From Takakia lepidozioides (lineage: Eukaryota; Plantae; Bryophyta), in the NCBI GenBank assembly GCA_030704615.1, contig CM060733.1, positions 63,178,001-63,242,000 on the forward strand: 64,000 nucleotides of DNA, given 5' to 3'. The notes under the pieces were generated by a model that was given only the letters and a program-made list of their open reading frames with translations, was not told the origin of the DNA and ran no database searches. The translations under genes and the position numbers were made by a program. Shown in pieces: positions 12,701 through 26,205 of the stretch (its first letter is position 1; every line of letters begins with the position of its first letter).

Positions 12701-15700
12701 CTTATGAATTATTGACCAAATTACTGTGCCAAAATAAATGTCAAGTATCCAAGAGATGTGGGGTGGTGAGTGTGAAGCAACCTGGCAAATGATTTGTCTA
12801 GCTGTTTCTGATTCAAGTGGAAATTTAGCATGAAAGCTACTCATGAATTATTGACCAAATCACTGTGCTAAAGAAATGGAAAGTCTCCAACAGATGTTGG
12901 GTAGTGAGTGTCGAAGCATCCGGGCAAATGATATCATGCTGATATTCTGTCTGTGAAGTTGCCTTACTGCATTTGCGAAGTTAACTGGAAAAGATGCTTT
13001 AGGACGGCTTCATATGGCTGACTGGACAGGGCTGACTTATGGAGGGTATGCTTGGTTGGAGTATGTAGATCCGAAACTCAATCCGGGCTCTATTTCCAGA
13101 TCGTGAATGTTTCACATTGGTGAGGCCTCTCAATGAAGAAAAGGAGTTGCAGCGCCTCGACCAGATCCCGGTATGACATGTGATATCTGTTCGTGTTGTT
13201 ACTCTGGGCTATGATAGCTTTGAACTAAGGGATCTGACTATTATACTGCATTTTACAGATGGACAGAATGAGACCGGAGTTCCGGTCGGGTTTGGATGCT
13301 TTGACAAGGTTCATTTTTGAGAGGACAAGACCCAAGCAGCTCGGATCAATTGTCATGACTGGACCCATGTTTGCTGGCCTCACACAGTCATTTCTGGATG
13401 CTATTAATGCTGGGGCTGTCCCCACAATAGCAACATCCTGGCAGGTAGGGTTTCATGTCTTGTGTGGCATGCTGTACCTTGCCAGGTTGCAGCCATGGAT
13501 GAGAATGTGTTATTGTGCATTCTGTGTAAGCCATCAGGTTGGTTGTTTGTCTTCTGTAGGTTCTAGTGGTATCTTGGCTCTCATATGCCTCATGGCAACT
13601 ATGGGGTTGCTGGAGCATACAACAGTGGTTGCCATGCAAGTAGTCATGGGTTCAAATTCACGTGGGTGTACCTTATAACCCACCCAGCAACAAAAAGGGG
13701 GTCATTGAGTGAACCAGGCACCCAGTGCTGTCCTACAGGGTGAAGAGACACCCTAAATCACACCACTTGTCCTCCTTTTGCTCTTTTTTAGTGTCATGTG
13801 CGGGAAGTTGTAGGTTCTTGAAATGTTGGCAATCGATAAGCAGAGTGAGATGGACAGAATCAGGGAGAATCAGAGAGAATCACTGTCTACAATCATTGCT
13901 ATAGGTGGTTGATCCGCTAATACCATCATGATACCAATCTGAATAGATTTGTACTGTGGTAAGGTGAAGAAACACATGCACAGAGATAGATGATTGTGGG
14001 TTTCTAAGTTGTACATCATGGTTTGGCAGAGCGTGGAGGAGAATGAGTGCCGGCGTGCGCATGACTTGGCAGTTGAAGCCTACAGCCGCTCTTTTGACCG
14101 ATCAACTCCTCCAGACGAGGTAATTGTTGCCATTTGATGTGCATGTTGAAGTTAATATCTACTACAAAACATATACAGATATTGGAATGGTTGCTATTTG
14201 CTGCAGGTTTTATTACAAGAGGCACAAGAGGAAGCAGTTCAAGCAGCTCTGAATGTGTACAACACTGAAGCTGTGGGAGGAGGGATGGCACGAAAAAAGC
14301 ATGAACAGCACCTTCAAGCTACTTTGAAGAGACAATTCGAGGTAATAGTCTCACGTAGGAAATGCTCCCACCCTTGCTCTCTCTACCCCTCTCTTTTGTT
14401 CCCTTTGTTCCATAGGCCCTCTGCCCGTCCATGGACGTAATGTAATTTATTATTCTACATTTAGTGTCTCAAATGATTTTGGCTGATTAATGGTGATATC
14501 AAAATGCAGGAAATGTAGTGCTCTCAAGTAATGCAGTGGAAATTCTTCATGTACTTCATATCTGGTAATGTGACAGGAATACAAGCGCAAGACGTCCATG
14601 GAAGCAGAGCTCAAGTGTTTGAGAGCAGTGGGAAGCATGGAAGAGAGATTGCGTAATGCATGCAATGCCCCAAATGCAACCTTTGATTCCATTGTTAAGG
14701 TTGGAAGGACCTCTCCTCTCTCCCCTTTCGCTGGCGACAGGGGGTCATTGTCAATCTACACAAGAAAGGTGACAGAGAAGAGCGGGGGAACTATTGAGGC
14801 ATCACGCTTCTCAATGCAGTTGGCAAGATATTTTGCAGACTTATAAGTACTCGTCTCGAGGTTGATCTGGAGTCTAGAGGTTGTTTCCACGAAGGCCAAG
14901 CTGGCTTTCGGAGAAACAGGGGCTGTGTGGATCATATCTTCACTTTAAGCCAGATTATCCAGGGACGGAAAAAAGAAGGGAAACCCACTTTTGTCCTTTT
15001 CTTGGATGTCAAAAGGGCTTATGACACAGTGTGAAGAGATGGTCTATGGCTCCGACTCTGGTCATGTGGGATCAAGGGAAAGATGTGGAAAGTGGTCCAT
15101 AACTTGTATGATCACACCAAAAGCTGTGTCACCGTTAATGGACAGAAGTCTAACTTCTTTGACATAGACCAAGGTGTAGCTCAAGGATGTACCCTCTCCC
15201 CTCTGCTGATCTTCAATGTTTTCATCAATCAAATCCTCGAGGATGTGGAAAGTAAGGGATTTTTGGTGGGCCATACCAGCCCTTATGTTTGCGGATGACT
15301 TCGCAGGCATAGGGGAGACTCCATCCAATCTTCAGGAGTTGATTGATTGTGCGAAGAGATACTTTGACCTTTGGGGGCTAGAGGCTAATGTCAGTAAATG
15401 CGCAGTGGTGGCATTCAACGACCGAGGGGAGGGAGGAGGCGATCTCAAGTGGCAGTGGGGAAGCCAAGAGATTCCAGTCCTCCCTTCCTACACATACCTT
15501 GGCGTTGAGTTTTCCTCCAACTGTAATTGGGATGCACATACTCAAAATGTTGTTTAATCTGGCAAGCGCAAAGTGTTGGGTCTCACTAATTTTTCCACTG
15601 GAGAGGGATCAACTCTGAAGTTAAAAAAACCATGCTTTGCCGCATTATTAGGCCTGCCCTGGAGTACGCATCGGCAGTATGGGTTGATAACTCCAACCAG

Positions 15701-18700
15701 GCTAAGTCTCTAGAATCCATTCAAGTGGGGGTGCTTAAGGAGTGCATGTCAGCATGCTCCAAAACAGCCAATGTGGCTGTTCGGGTTGAGTTTGGCATCC
15801 CTCCCTTAAGCTCCCGATGAGATGAATTCAAGGTCAGATGGTGGGGTCAGCTGCTTCAGCACTAATAAATTTGACAATTTTACGACCAACATACCCTATT
15901 GGCATGACTGCACCTATGTCAAAGAAAACACAAGACTATTATATGCGTCTTAGCTCACCAGAATCTGGAGTAGGTGTATGCCTTACTGGTTTGCACAGTC
16001 CTACTTGTTATTCTATCTGTTGGCATACTAACTTGTGAGAAGCATTCTTTGTGGTTTTCTTCCTCTTTTGATGGTTTTATTTAAACCTGTCCTGGTGCAT
16101 TTATTTTTATTTTTGTGAGCTCTCCTTTAACTTAGACGGGTTATCACATTTGCTCTAAAAACTTTTTGTTTTTGGGAAATAAACACCACTTTTATCGAAA
16201 CCAGAGTACAAATGAGGGGGAGGTTCCCAACCCAGTACAGCACGGCTCGAGACCAAGACGCATGCAAAGGGGAGGGTTGGATCTGCCAAGCAGCTCACCA
16301 TACCCTGAGCCTCTGCAACAGAAGTTCTCACTAGTCCAACAAAAATAGATCTCTTTGATTACCTCTCAAATTTGAGTTCAAAGTTTACTAGGCTCCCAAT
16401 TGATATATACCTGTTGGCATCTATTCTTGAGTTTAGGTATTCCAAATAGATGCATCTGTAAAGATTGATTTTTCTCTGAATGTGCTGGCAAGCCTTATTT
16501 TGTACTTTGCAGGTGATTGATTGCATGGTGGCCGACTATGAGACGACAGCATCTGGGACTCTTAAGTGGCAGAAGCTTGTCAAATTTCTGCAGAAAAGGT
16601 ACCAGAAGTGCTTTGCGGGACAAAACATTTGGCTCATTCCATTAATTGTCATCCTTATTTCAGGCATCATATCTAAGTTGTGAAGAATGAATTCATGACA
16701 GGGATATACAGATATGTTGGTGTGTCTGGGGAAGTGTAGCTCTTGGGCAAAAGGACAACCTAGAATTGAACACACCACCACGGCGATGCCACAGGAGCTT
16801 TGCACAGAGAAAGCAATCAAGTAGTCCAGGTGTTGGCAAGATTGTAGTAAGGTAGGGAGTGTGTCACTCACTGCATGTTACTAGTTTCTGGCTCAGAAAC
16901 CCTAACTAAGTACTTGATAGGTATGTGTCGAGCAACACCCTTATGTTTTAGGACAGTTTTAGAGAATAGAGCTGTTATGCACTGCAGCACATGCATTTGG
17001 AATATTGCTTAATATATTACTCATTCTACTAATGTTTGTCTGTCTTTCCATGTAGCCTGGCAGGGCCACTACATGACCTGGTCAAGCGAGCAAGTGACAG
17101 GGCAGCTGCAGAGTACGCGACTCTGGAAATGAAAGGTCGATCAATGGAGGAAAGGATTTCCTTTGCAGCAAAGCAGGTCGAGTCTGCTCAGCGGGATGCG
17201 CAAGAATGGAAGAAACGGTATGAAGTTTCGATGGGTGATTACAAGAAATCATCTGAAAAGTCAGCTGCACAGTACGCTGCTTTGCAGCACAAGGTCACAT
17301 GCTTGGAAGAAAGACGGGCAAGTCTTGGGGACCAGCTTGATGGTGCTAAGAAAGATGCGTCTGAATGGCAAAGCAAGTATGAGCATCTGCTAAGAGAACG
17401 ACGAACACAAGAGGAAAGGGCGGGTTCTGAATTAGCAGCCCTTCAGGTCCTAAAACTCTTTCAGATTTAAAGAGGAAAGTAGGTGGAAATATCGGTTTGC
17501 ATCATTTATAACCTGGCTTGTTTTTGTCCTGGTGTTTCCTTTCAGTCTGTCTACATTGGCAACAGTTCTGGGATTCACACTTATTATCTTCAATTGCTAG
17601 GCGTCCTGATTATGTGAAGTAGGAGCAGATACGAATCCAAAGATGCACTGATAACTGTGTCTGGCAACTGGAGAGCACTATCCATACAACCAGGAATGTG
17701 TATACCCTTCCTTTATCTAGAAGTATCTTCTGCCACCTGGTAGGATGTGTTACAGTCTAGGTTATTGGGACAACAACCAGCTAACATGACAGTCAGGTGA
17801 TGGACTCCCCTGGATGTGGCCTAGCAATGGAGACCAAAATACTGATCATCTGTAAATTGGTAATCATGTAAAGGAATGCCTGGTAAATAAGCACATAATC
17901 TAGCAGCACAAAAGTGAAGGAGATACTGAGGGAGAGGAGAAAATCCAAAAGTGACAGTCTGAATCTGTGAAATTTACTCGATGCAGAACCGGTCTAGTGC
18001 TGCGGAGGCTCGGCTGGCAGCAATCCGGGAGCAGTCTGAATCTGCTAAGGAAGAGGCTGCTGAATGGCGACGAAAGTATGAAGCAGCAGCAGCTGATACC
18101 AAGGCAGCGGTGGAAAGGGCAACTGCTCAGAAAGACCGAACTATCAAGCAGGCTCAGCTTCGGGAGGATGCTCTCCGAGCGGAGTTCACATCAACTGTGG
18201 CACAGAAGGTAGTGCAGTCTGCATGTATTACACCACAAAAGCTAGATTTATTTTATAGTTTCGTAATGCATGCTCAAGCTCTATTCAACAGGTGCCTAGA
18301 GAACACGAATCACATGGAAAGATGTGCTGGGATAGTCACATTAGCATTGTGAGCTTGAATATGCTATTGTAGTAAAGAGAAGTACTTGTGTTTCTTATGC
18401 CCCATGGCCGGTGATATCCGACAGTATCCACAGGTTCCACGCCGCATGCTATGTCATGTTTGTATCCAATATTAGCCCTGGCTTGGCCTTTTTTAATGTC
18501 TTGTTCCCCTGACAGGAAGGCGAAGTGAAGGATTTGCAGTTGATTGTAGAGCAAGGGGAGCGGCGCATTGCTGCCTTAACTGCTCATCTTCAGGTACATC
18601 TTTTATTTCTTTCTCATATTTCAACTTTTTTGTTTGAGATGGCTGAATGTTACTTGTTGAATCCTATGATGTTTAAAGGCTAACTGTTTCTTGACACCCT

Positions 18701-20313
18701 CAGGCTACCAGTTCTTAGATCCATACCAGAGCCATTACCGAGTGAAAGTAGGGAGCTAACTTCACATTACACAGTTGTGTGTAGTAGTTGCCTTAAGATG
18801 TTTGCTGCCAGGGATGTATCCAGAATATATCCAGAACTTGGAGATTCAAGCAGTCATATACATATTGGTAGATATGTGGATAGAGCATTTTTTGATTCAT
18901 GTGTGCATGTGGATTCTCAATTGCAGGACCAAGAGTCTAAAGTAACCAGTCAAGCTGAAGAACTTGGGAACTCAAGGACTGAGCTGCAACGTCTCCAGTT
19001 GGAGGTAGATGCAGCTAAATCATCGGCTATGGCTTTTGACAAAGATTTGGACAAGGCCTGCCGAGACAAAGCATTTGCTGAACAGCGTATGACTGATTCG
19101 GTGAAACGCATGGAGGATGCAGAAGAGAAGTGCAAAGCCGCTGAGGGAGATGCCAAACATGCAGCTGAAATAGCGGAGAAGGCCAGAAGTGAGGCAACAA
19201 TGTCAGAGAGGGAGAAGTTGGAGGTGCAGCGACTGGCTGTGGAGAGGCTGGCAGCAGTGGAACGTTGTGAACGACGGTGTGAAGCCCTTGAGAGAGAGAG
19301 AGTGGAATTGACTCAGGTATACTCTGTCTGCCTGCCAGTCAAGTGGTGTGCATGGGGTGCTTCTCCTAGTGTACGCATTCTACTGGCTTCAAAGTATTTT
19401 TTGAGGCTGTCATTGGCTTCTATGTAAAGATTGTGTAAGTTAGCAAGGTTTGTAGTCTGGTATATTTTGTACATATCTGTGATGTGTCATTGTTAGTGAA
19501 CCTGCGGAAGTTTTCGCATTGAACCTCCCTTTGCAGTTGTTACTCAGGAATTCCAACAACTAGTGTTCTTATATTTTGTTAAAGATGGTGCAAGTCCTCT
19601 TACACTCCAGTTACCATGCCAAAGACTGTTGGTTTCTGTGCTATCAGGAGATTGAACAAGCAAAGCTCGAGGAAAGTGAGGCAATATCAAGGGCCACATC
19701 ATTGGAGCGACGGCTGGAGGAAAGGGAGCAGGAAATGGAGGAGTTGTTGAATTCATCTCTAGAGCAAAGGGCAAAGACAGTGGAAGGTTTTGAGAGCTTA
19801 TTGACCAGTGAAAGAGCTGCAAAAGCTGAGGCTACCAGCCGTGCAGAGGCATTGTCACTGCAGTTGCAGATGGTGCAGGGAGAGTTAGATGCATTACAAA
19901 CACGGCTTATGACTGTGCGCAACCATGAGACAGCACTGGATACAAAGCTAAGGGCCTATGCTGATGCTTCAGTGGGTATCTCACCTGCTGGGACTTCAAG
20001 GAGCAAGAGGCCTCGACTCGATGATGCAGGAGGTGAATCATCAGATATGGAGGTGGATAAGGCGAACTACAAAAGAACTAAGATGGAGCAGAACATTGAT
20101 AATGGCAGTAGCTTGGTCCACACTGGTGGGGTGGACATGGAGGACGACCACTGCTCACTAAAGGAACCTGGGCCCGATTATCACAAGTTCACTAAGTCCA
20201 AGCTGAAGCAAAAGTTGACCGAGGCTGGCTTTGGAGCAGAAGTCTTGCAAGCCCGGAATCTGACCATGAAGGATCTCGTAGCATTATACGAGCGACTTGT
20301 TCTCAACAAATAG
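9749..20313 (+). CDS. GBPL3: Guanylate-binding protein-like large GTPase (GBPL3-like), 16 coding exons, about 1085 aa
   Basis: P-loop GRARQGKS, switch I PCTKGLW, DSEG, a long coiled coil and a C-terminal HeH/LEM-like tail. GT-AG exons: 9749-10048, 11228-11389, 11558-11623, 11865-12011, 12189-12302, 13069-13170, 13259-13444, 14030-14119, 14207-14341, 14577-14699, 16513-16598, 17056-17446, 17987-18208, 18516-18593, 18927-19316, 19648-20313. Total 3258 nt, in frame. Confidence 0.93.
12655..12932. repeat. Two-copy tandem duplication of about 139 bp in GBP intron 5
   Basis: TGTCTAGCTGTTTCTGAT...GGCAAATGAT occurs at 12655 and again at ~12795. Confidence 0.8.
14880..15860 (+). mobile_element. Truncated, decayed non-LTR retrotransposon RT fragment in GBP intron 10
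   Basis: Motifs QAGFR, FLDVKRAYDTV, GVAQGCTLSP, LMFADD, YTYLG and RPALEYA..W, with stops and frameshifts. Confidence 0.88.
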
Positions 20314-21552
20314 CCTCAATTCTGACTTTATGTCACCTTTTCCATCACCTGCTTTTGTCATACCAGTGGCCCTCCTGGTTTGTGATATTGGTTGTCACTC
20401 ATGCCCATGATGTGTTATCAATTGAGTAGGCTCTTCATGTGACTAGCTTTCACCATCTGTGGAGCTGCAGTCGGCAGTTGTTTGCATGGAGAGTAGAGTT
20501 GGAAGGATTGCATGTAGAGTTGTAAGAAAAAAAGGAGGGTGCCCTGTCAAGCATCTTTCTCACTTGCTTTCATTAGTAGACGTAGAACTACTGCAGCGGA
20601 AGAGAAAGTAGCATTAATCTGTGGCAATTTCTTTGTCCATTATCCTCCTCTAGCCTTGAGTTGTTCTGTTATTTGATTGACGAGTCCTCCCATCGGAAGC
20701 AGAAGCTATGCACTGTCAGCAGCAATTCCCATTTTGCTGAATACCATCGGTAGCCACTCATGGCAGAATCTGATTCTACATGCCTCTCGTGTGACCCCCA
20801 GGTTTGGGGTGGAGCTGTATTATATTATTCTGCTGCTTTGACCGTCAGCTTCCAATCCTTTGACATTCCTGAAACAGAATCTCACCAGTGACATGCTATC
20901 TATCAAATTATTCCATGGTTGAATCCCTCACACTTGTTTCTGCAAACTGGAGTCCGACATCCACTATTGCTTCTGGCCTGAATCTATCTTTCTTGCACTA
21001 TTCATCTGCTCCTCTCTAACGTCACATCAGCACAATGCTCTCACACACCCTTACATCGTACCATCAGCCATTTTACTCCAGCAAAAGAGAGTTTTCTTCA
21101 CCTTTGCGGCTGATAAACTAGTGCCGGCCCTTCGTACTGCCCTGCTCGGCGCGCAGCTTAATTGGCTAGTCAAGTAATAGAAAAGGCCCGGGAGTTGAAT
21201 GGGCCCTGGGCAGGTGTGCCTGCGTGGCCCGCCCCTCCCCCGCCGCCCCCCTCCCCCGGGCAGCAACGCGGCGGCCCGCGGTTGCCACGATCGGTCCTCC
21301 TGCCTCCCCCGCACGGCCCCCCCCCGCCCTCCCCCGCACGGCCTTCACGAACGAAATACATGAATCGGTTATACTTGAACTGTACCACCATGACGCATGC
21401 ATCCAGATCATGAAGGTTGTCATACATGCATGCGTCGACCCACATGTATGCCTGGTCATACATGCATTGTCCATAATTGTATAGAGATTAGGACGTGATC
21501 GTGCTTTTCTGAAGTGATTATGAGCTGCTTACACACACGCCGAAGGTGACGC

Positions 21553-22115
21553 TTGGAATGCCACCAGATGTTCCCTGTGTTTGAAGCAGCCCGTAGGTTG
21601 TTCATGGATAATGTTCTCAGGGACCCTGGTCTCCTGCCGTGGAAGACAAAGGTGGACCGGGACAACAATGGAGAAGTCGAATTTCAACCAGATTTGAAGC
21701 GAAGGAAGCAGTTGTATCTATTGAAGGATGCCGGTATACCTCTTCAGGCAGGGGAGTCCGCAATGGAGGAGGAAACTATAATGCTGCCAGACCCACCAAC
21801 CATGACACATACATTGGCACCAACTGTAGATCAGTTGATACAGTCAGAGTATATTCAATCAACGAGTAGACAAGAGGCCGGATAACCCTTTGTCGCAACT
21901 TCTTTGAAGCTCAAATCTGACATTGTCGTGCCGCCCAAACCTGCACATCTTGCACGCCCAGGTCTCAGCTATCTCATGGACTACAATTTGTTACCTGATG
22001 GGTTCCCTTTACTTGACAATCCATCTTCTTAAGAAAATCTTGCCGCACTTGTGGGGAGCGCGGAATTTGCTAATAGTATGATGGGTAAAGCCTATGGTCA
22101 ATGGTTCGTCAGACA
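21553..22115 (+). pseudogene. Unknown-domain ORF with two in-frame stops; paralog of 22417-22860
   Basis: Reading through the stop at 21883-85 gives SLKLKSDIVVPPKP..LMDYNLLPDGFPLLDNP..MGKAYG. Confidence 0.6.
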
Positions 22116-22416
22116 CATGGTAATACCTCCTCTACGCCTCTTCTGCACTGACCGCACGATTTTTTTGTGTTTGTTTTTCCACTCAACTGTTTCCGTAGAA
22201 TGCCGACATGTTCTTCATTATTGCTGCAGATTCATCCCCTAGGGCATCGGCCTGCAAGCATGACATGTGCAATCAACAAATGTATGTATCAATGAAATAC
22301 ATGAAAGAAGGTGAACCAACATATGAATACATGATAGGCAGGGAGAGTGCCAGGTAAATGTTGGCTAAATAGCAAAGGAGGAGGGTCAGGGAACGGCAGG
22401 TGAGGTTAGGTACCTA

Positions 22417-22860
22417 TCACTCAAGAAACCGGTTGTCATATGCTTTCGCAAGCAACGATTTAAATTTCATGCTGTCACTTGCGATGAGCGTGCTGAACGG
22501 TTCTCTAAAAGTGGGGTCGTCCAACTGAGGAAAACCATCCGGAAACAAGTTGAAGTCCTTCAAGAACCAAAATGCAGAAGCTGCCACAGACTTCGGCCCT
22601 GGAGGGATATGAATAAAAAACTTCAATTGCAATGAGTGTTCTTTGAAGAATGTGAGGGCTTCTCCTTTGATGCGAGGATCTGCAGGAATCTGTGGAGGAG
22701 GGCGAGGAGGGATGGAGGTCGGGACCGTTGTTTTGTGCACCGCGCCACCCTCATCTTGGACTATTGCGTCCGACTCAGTCATGCTATCAACTGTAGTGAT
22801 GTCCTCCGGTACCTTGCTTGTTCGCTCACGAAATTCTACGATCCTGAGTGCGTGTAGCAT
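22417..22860 (-). CDS. Unknown-domain ORF inside the TIR element (147 aa)
   Basis: SLQLKFFIHIPPGP..LKDFNLFPDGFPQLDDP..LAKAYD aligns with the + strand paralog. Confidence 0.55.
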   Translation of the reverse strand: MLHALRIVEFRERTSKVPEDITTVDSMTESDAIVQDEGGAVHKTTVPTSIPPRPPPQIPADPRIKGEALTFFKEHSLQLKFFIHIPPGPKSVAASAFWFLKDFNLFPDGFPQLDDPTFREPFSTLIASDSMKFKSLLAKAYDNRFLE

Positions 22861-25800
22861 GCGTGGGCGGTGCAGGCTCCAGCGATGGGGGCTTCTTGAG
22901 CGTAGCTACGGCTTGAGCCTAGCCGCGTGAGCCCAGGATTGTATATCAAAATTGAAGCAAGCCGAGGTGTGAGGCGTGGGTTCTTACAATGTTCGGTTGC
23001 ACATCCTGTGAATACAGCAAGTTCGAGAAGATGCAAGCCACGATCATGACGCCCCAAAGTAGCACGCCAAAGGACGCGATGACCAGGATGGTGACGATGA
23101 TGAACGGGCATGGCCATTGCTGTTGGGGCACGGCAGAAGTGGAGGCGGAGTGGCTACAGAGGACTGCGATTAGACGCATCACACGTGGGAAGATCTCGTC
23201 TGAAATGCTGACGAATCCAATCGAATGCCATATATAAATCTCATCCCGGGTATGAGCATGCATGGCGGGCATGGCGGGCATTCATTCATGTGTGGCAATT
23301 CAAGTATTGATGTAGTTCACCGCGGTGGGACGGCGGACCATGGAGGGGGACTGGCCCCTGTGATAGGGCCGGGGGTGAGGGCGCTGACAAGGGTGTCAGG
23401 GCATTCAACTCCCCGGGCACTTCTATTACTTAGCTCCCCTATTAGGTGGTAGTACTGGTATGCCCTAGGTTTAGTGGCTGACACGTATCCGCCTCATAGG
23501 TCAGGTTGATACTTGATACCCAGTATTGATACCCGTTAAAAGCAGGTGTAGCGTATTATGCCACTTTTGAGACTAATTCTCAGGCCGAATCGGCAGGGAT
23601 GGCCGGTTGCGCACCAAGGACGGCAGAGCAAATCAGCCATCAACCCGCCCCGTTTATATCTGAGGCTGATGGTTGGTTTATATCCCCTTTATGGAGCATT
23701 TCAGTTCTAGGATGGCAATGCGTGAGGGTTCTCCATAGTTGCGCGTCCAAAGCAGATTCACCCAGCAAAGACTGGTGAGGCAGACCTGGAGGTTCCTACT
23801 CTTAGACCGCTACCCCCTGCCGTTTAGAAGGTTGGTCTCTTGGGATTTTAACGGAGACAATTTCACCGATTCTGTGATTGTTTCACTTTCTGCATCCCTT
23901 CGCTACGTTCACCCTTCCTCGACAAAGCAGTTTTCAAAAATAATGGCTTTGGTAGTCTTGCTTGTGTCAATTGTATGTTGGCATACGGATTCAGTTTCTG
24001 TATAGGACAGACTGAGAATGTATAGTGGCCCCCCTGGCCTTTTGTAATAGAGAGTAAAATGGAAGAGCAATTTTGGAGCAAAGAGGGTGCAATTTTTCCA
24101 CGGACATTTCTCGAGACCATACGCTTAGTTCACTTCAACTGGACATATGCGTTTCTTTCTGTTGTGTAGAAGTTGCAGCTACAAAAAACTGAAAGAAAGC
24201 ATAATTCTTGACGTGCAGCATACAGCCAACTTGACATGAAACAACTCAACCCCATTCCAAACAAATTTTTACAAGAGCATGTGTTATGTAAGGCAACCTT
24301 TGTATCATACAGTTTACAAGGGAAGTTTTCAGTGATGAATCTTCAATCTACAGACTTGCATGATCCCTATTCCCCACAAATGAACACTACAAATTCTCCG
24401 TCACTTCGCCAGATACTACCAGTCGCTTCCTCGACCACTTACATTGGATATTCGGTTGACATGAAAAAATCTACTGACATACTAAGAACCCCTGGAAGAT
24501 CTGTGGGTAAATCAGTATCATGGAGGGAGTGGCATCTCATGTTGCCTCAGCACTTCACACAGCACAAGCTTGTACTGGTCCAAACCCAGTCAGGGAAGGA
24601 AAAAAGGACCCTGAAGAAGTGTCTTGGTGGCTGCACAGAGATGAGGGGGAGTGTTAGTAAGAAGACTAGTATTTGCAGCATGGAGACAGTCTGGTATCTT
24701 CTCAAATATATTATAGGTGTTTAAGTTGGACTACCCTGTCATCAATACAGAACGGTCCATAACAGTCTATTTCGCTACAGGGCCTCCCAAACACAGTGAA
24801 CTGTCCTTGTGGCTTTGCCAGAGAGGACCGTGGGGAGGAGACTGATAGACAGACTCATTGACAGTTCTGGTGGCTGCGGCCTATGACATACCCTTGGACA
24901 AATAAAACGAAATTGGGTGTTACTCCTCCCAACGCATGTCCTGCAAGTACCTGTTTCCCAGCAATTCAGTACTCTCAAAGCAAAACCGCTAAAATATAGG
25001 TTTCATCTAAATATTGGTCATCCAGTATGGCTACTTCAGCTGTTTGGCATCTTCTATGGCTGGCGTTTCTCCAACTTTCAGTAAAATTTTATACTGGATA
25101 TAGATGTGCCACACTCTCATACAACCAATACCATGCTGGAACAAACCCCGACGTACCAACAAGACAAAAGAGGGATAATAGCATACTTCCAGTGTGTCGA
25201 GATTCAGACTCGGCAACAAGTTCAAGTCAATCATCAGAAGGTACATACTGGGGATACTCAACCCCCTCTTCATGCTTGTCAGCTTCTTCTGCCAGCCTGC
25301 CTTCTGGAGCCTCCCCAAAAACACAAGCCATGTTCTCCTTAGCACTCACTTTTGCTACAGTTCCTGCTTTAAGATCATCTTTTCCCAATCAAACTTACTG
25401 CCTTGCAGCATTCAGTGTCACTCCCCTTTAGCAGCTAATAAACTGATGACTATTCCAACATTTCCAGATGAAACCAATCAACCCGAACAGTTCCAAGCTT
25501 GAACTGAATCATGAAAGATAGCTCACAATTTGTGGAGGAATCACAAGGGTCTAGGACCCCAGTGGCAAAACCGAGCCAAGAAGATTGACCTGGTTCATTC
25601 ACATTACAGGAAGGTTTGAAAAACAACCTCCAACATTGGGCTTCCATCTCTTTTGTCTCCTCCCCATTCAGCTACCACAAGGGTTTGCTTATCCTCAACA
25701 TCCTGTTGTTAGACTACAGGTCAAAATCCAAGAACTGAAGAAAGGGTTGGAAATAGTGCTAAGACAGAAGATGGAGACAGAGACATATATAAAAAGGCTG

Positions 25801-26205
25801 TGAAAGAAGCCAAACAAGTATCAGCTTCTTCAGTCTGACCAGCTCAACCTGACAGTTTCTTGATGCCACTCCCCTCTCCATTGCTCTCCTCCAAAATAAG
25901 TTCCGAGGTTGACCCCACCAACACATTGTAGTCTCCACCTTATTTTCTCCCTCAGTAAAGAGATATGAAAGAATATAGCAAGATGTAGCAAAAGCAGACC
26001 TTAGTCCCAACAAAGCCATAGTGGGGTGGGAGATAGCTACCAAAACAGGGGACATGGATACAGGAGCAAAATTCAGGGTGGGAGGACACATTTGGTGGTC
26101 CACTCTCCCTTGAAGACACTACCTTTCTCACTTCTTGAGTGCCCATTTGAAATGTTATCAGACTTGAACATTTGCGGCTTGTGTAGAGGAGTTGTTCCTT
26201 ACCAT

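Larger units (their letters stand above)
21172..23431. mobile_element. About 2.26-kb non-autonomous TIR element
   Basis: Imperfect TIRs of about 37 bp: AAGTAATAGAAAAGGCCCGGGAGTTGAATGGGCCCTG and CAGGGCATTCAACTCCCCGGGCACTTCTATTACTT. Subterminal regions are GC-rich and CATG-rich. TSD not resolved. Confidence 0.75.

Noticed and set aside
23739-26146. Short ORFs between the TIR element and the trihelix gene
   Set aside because: They have no recognisable motifs or consistent exon structure and are probably UTR or intergenic sequence.
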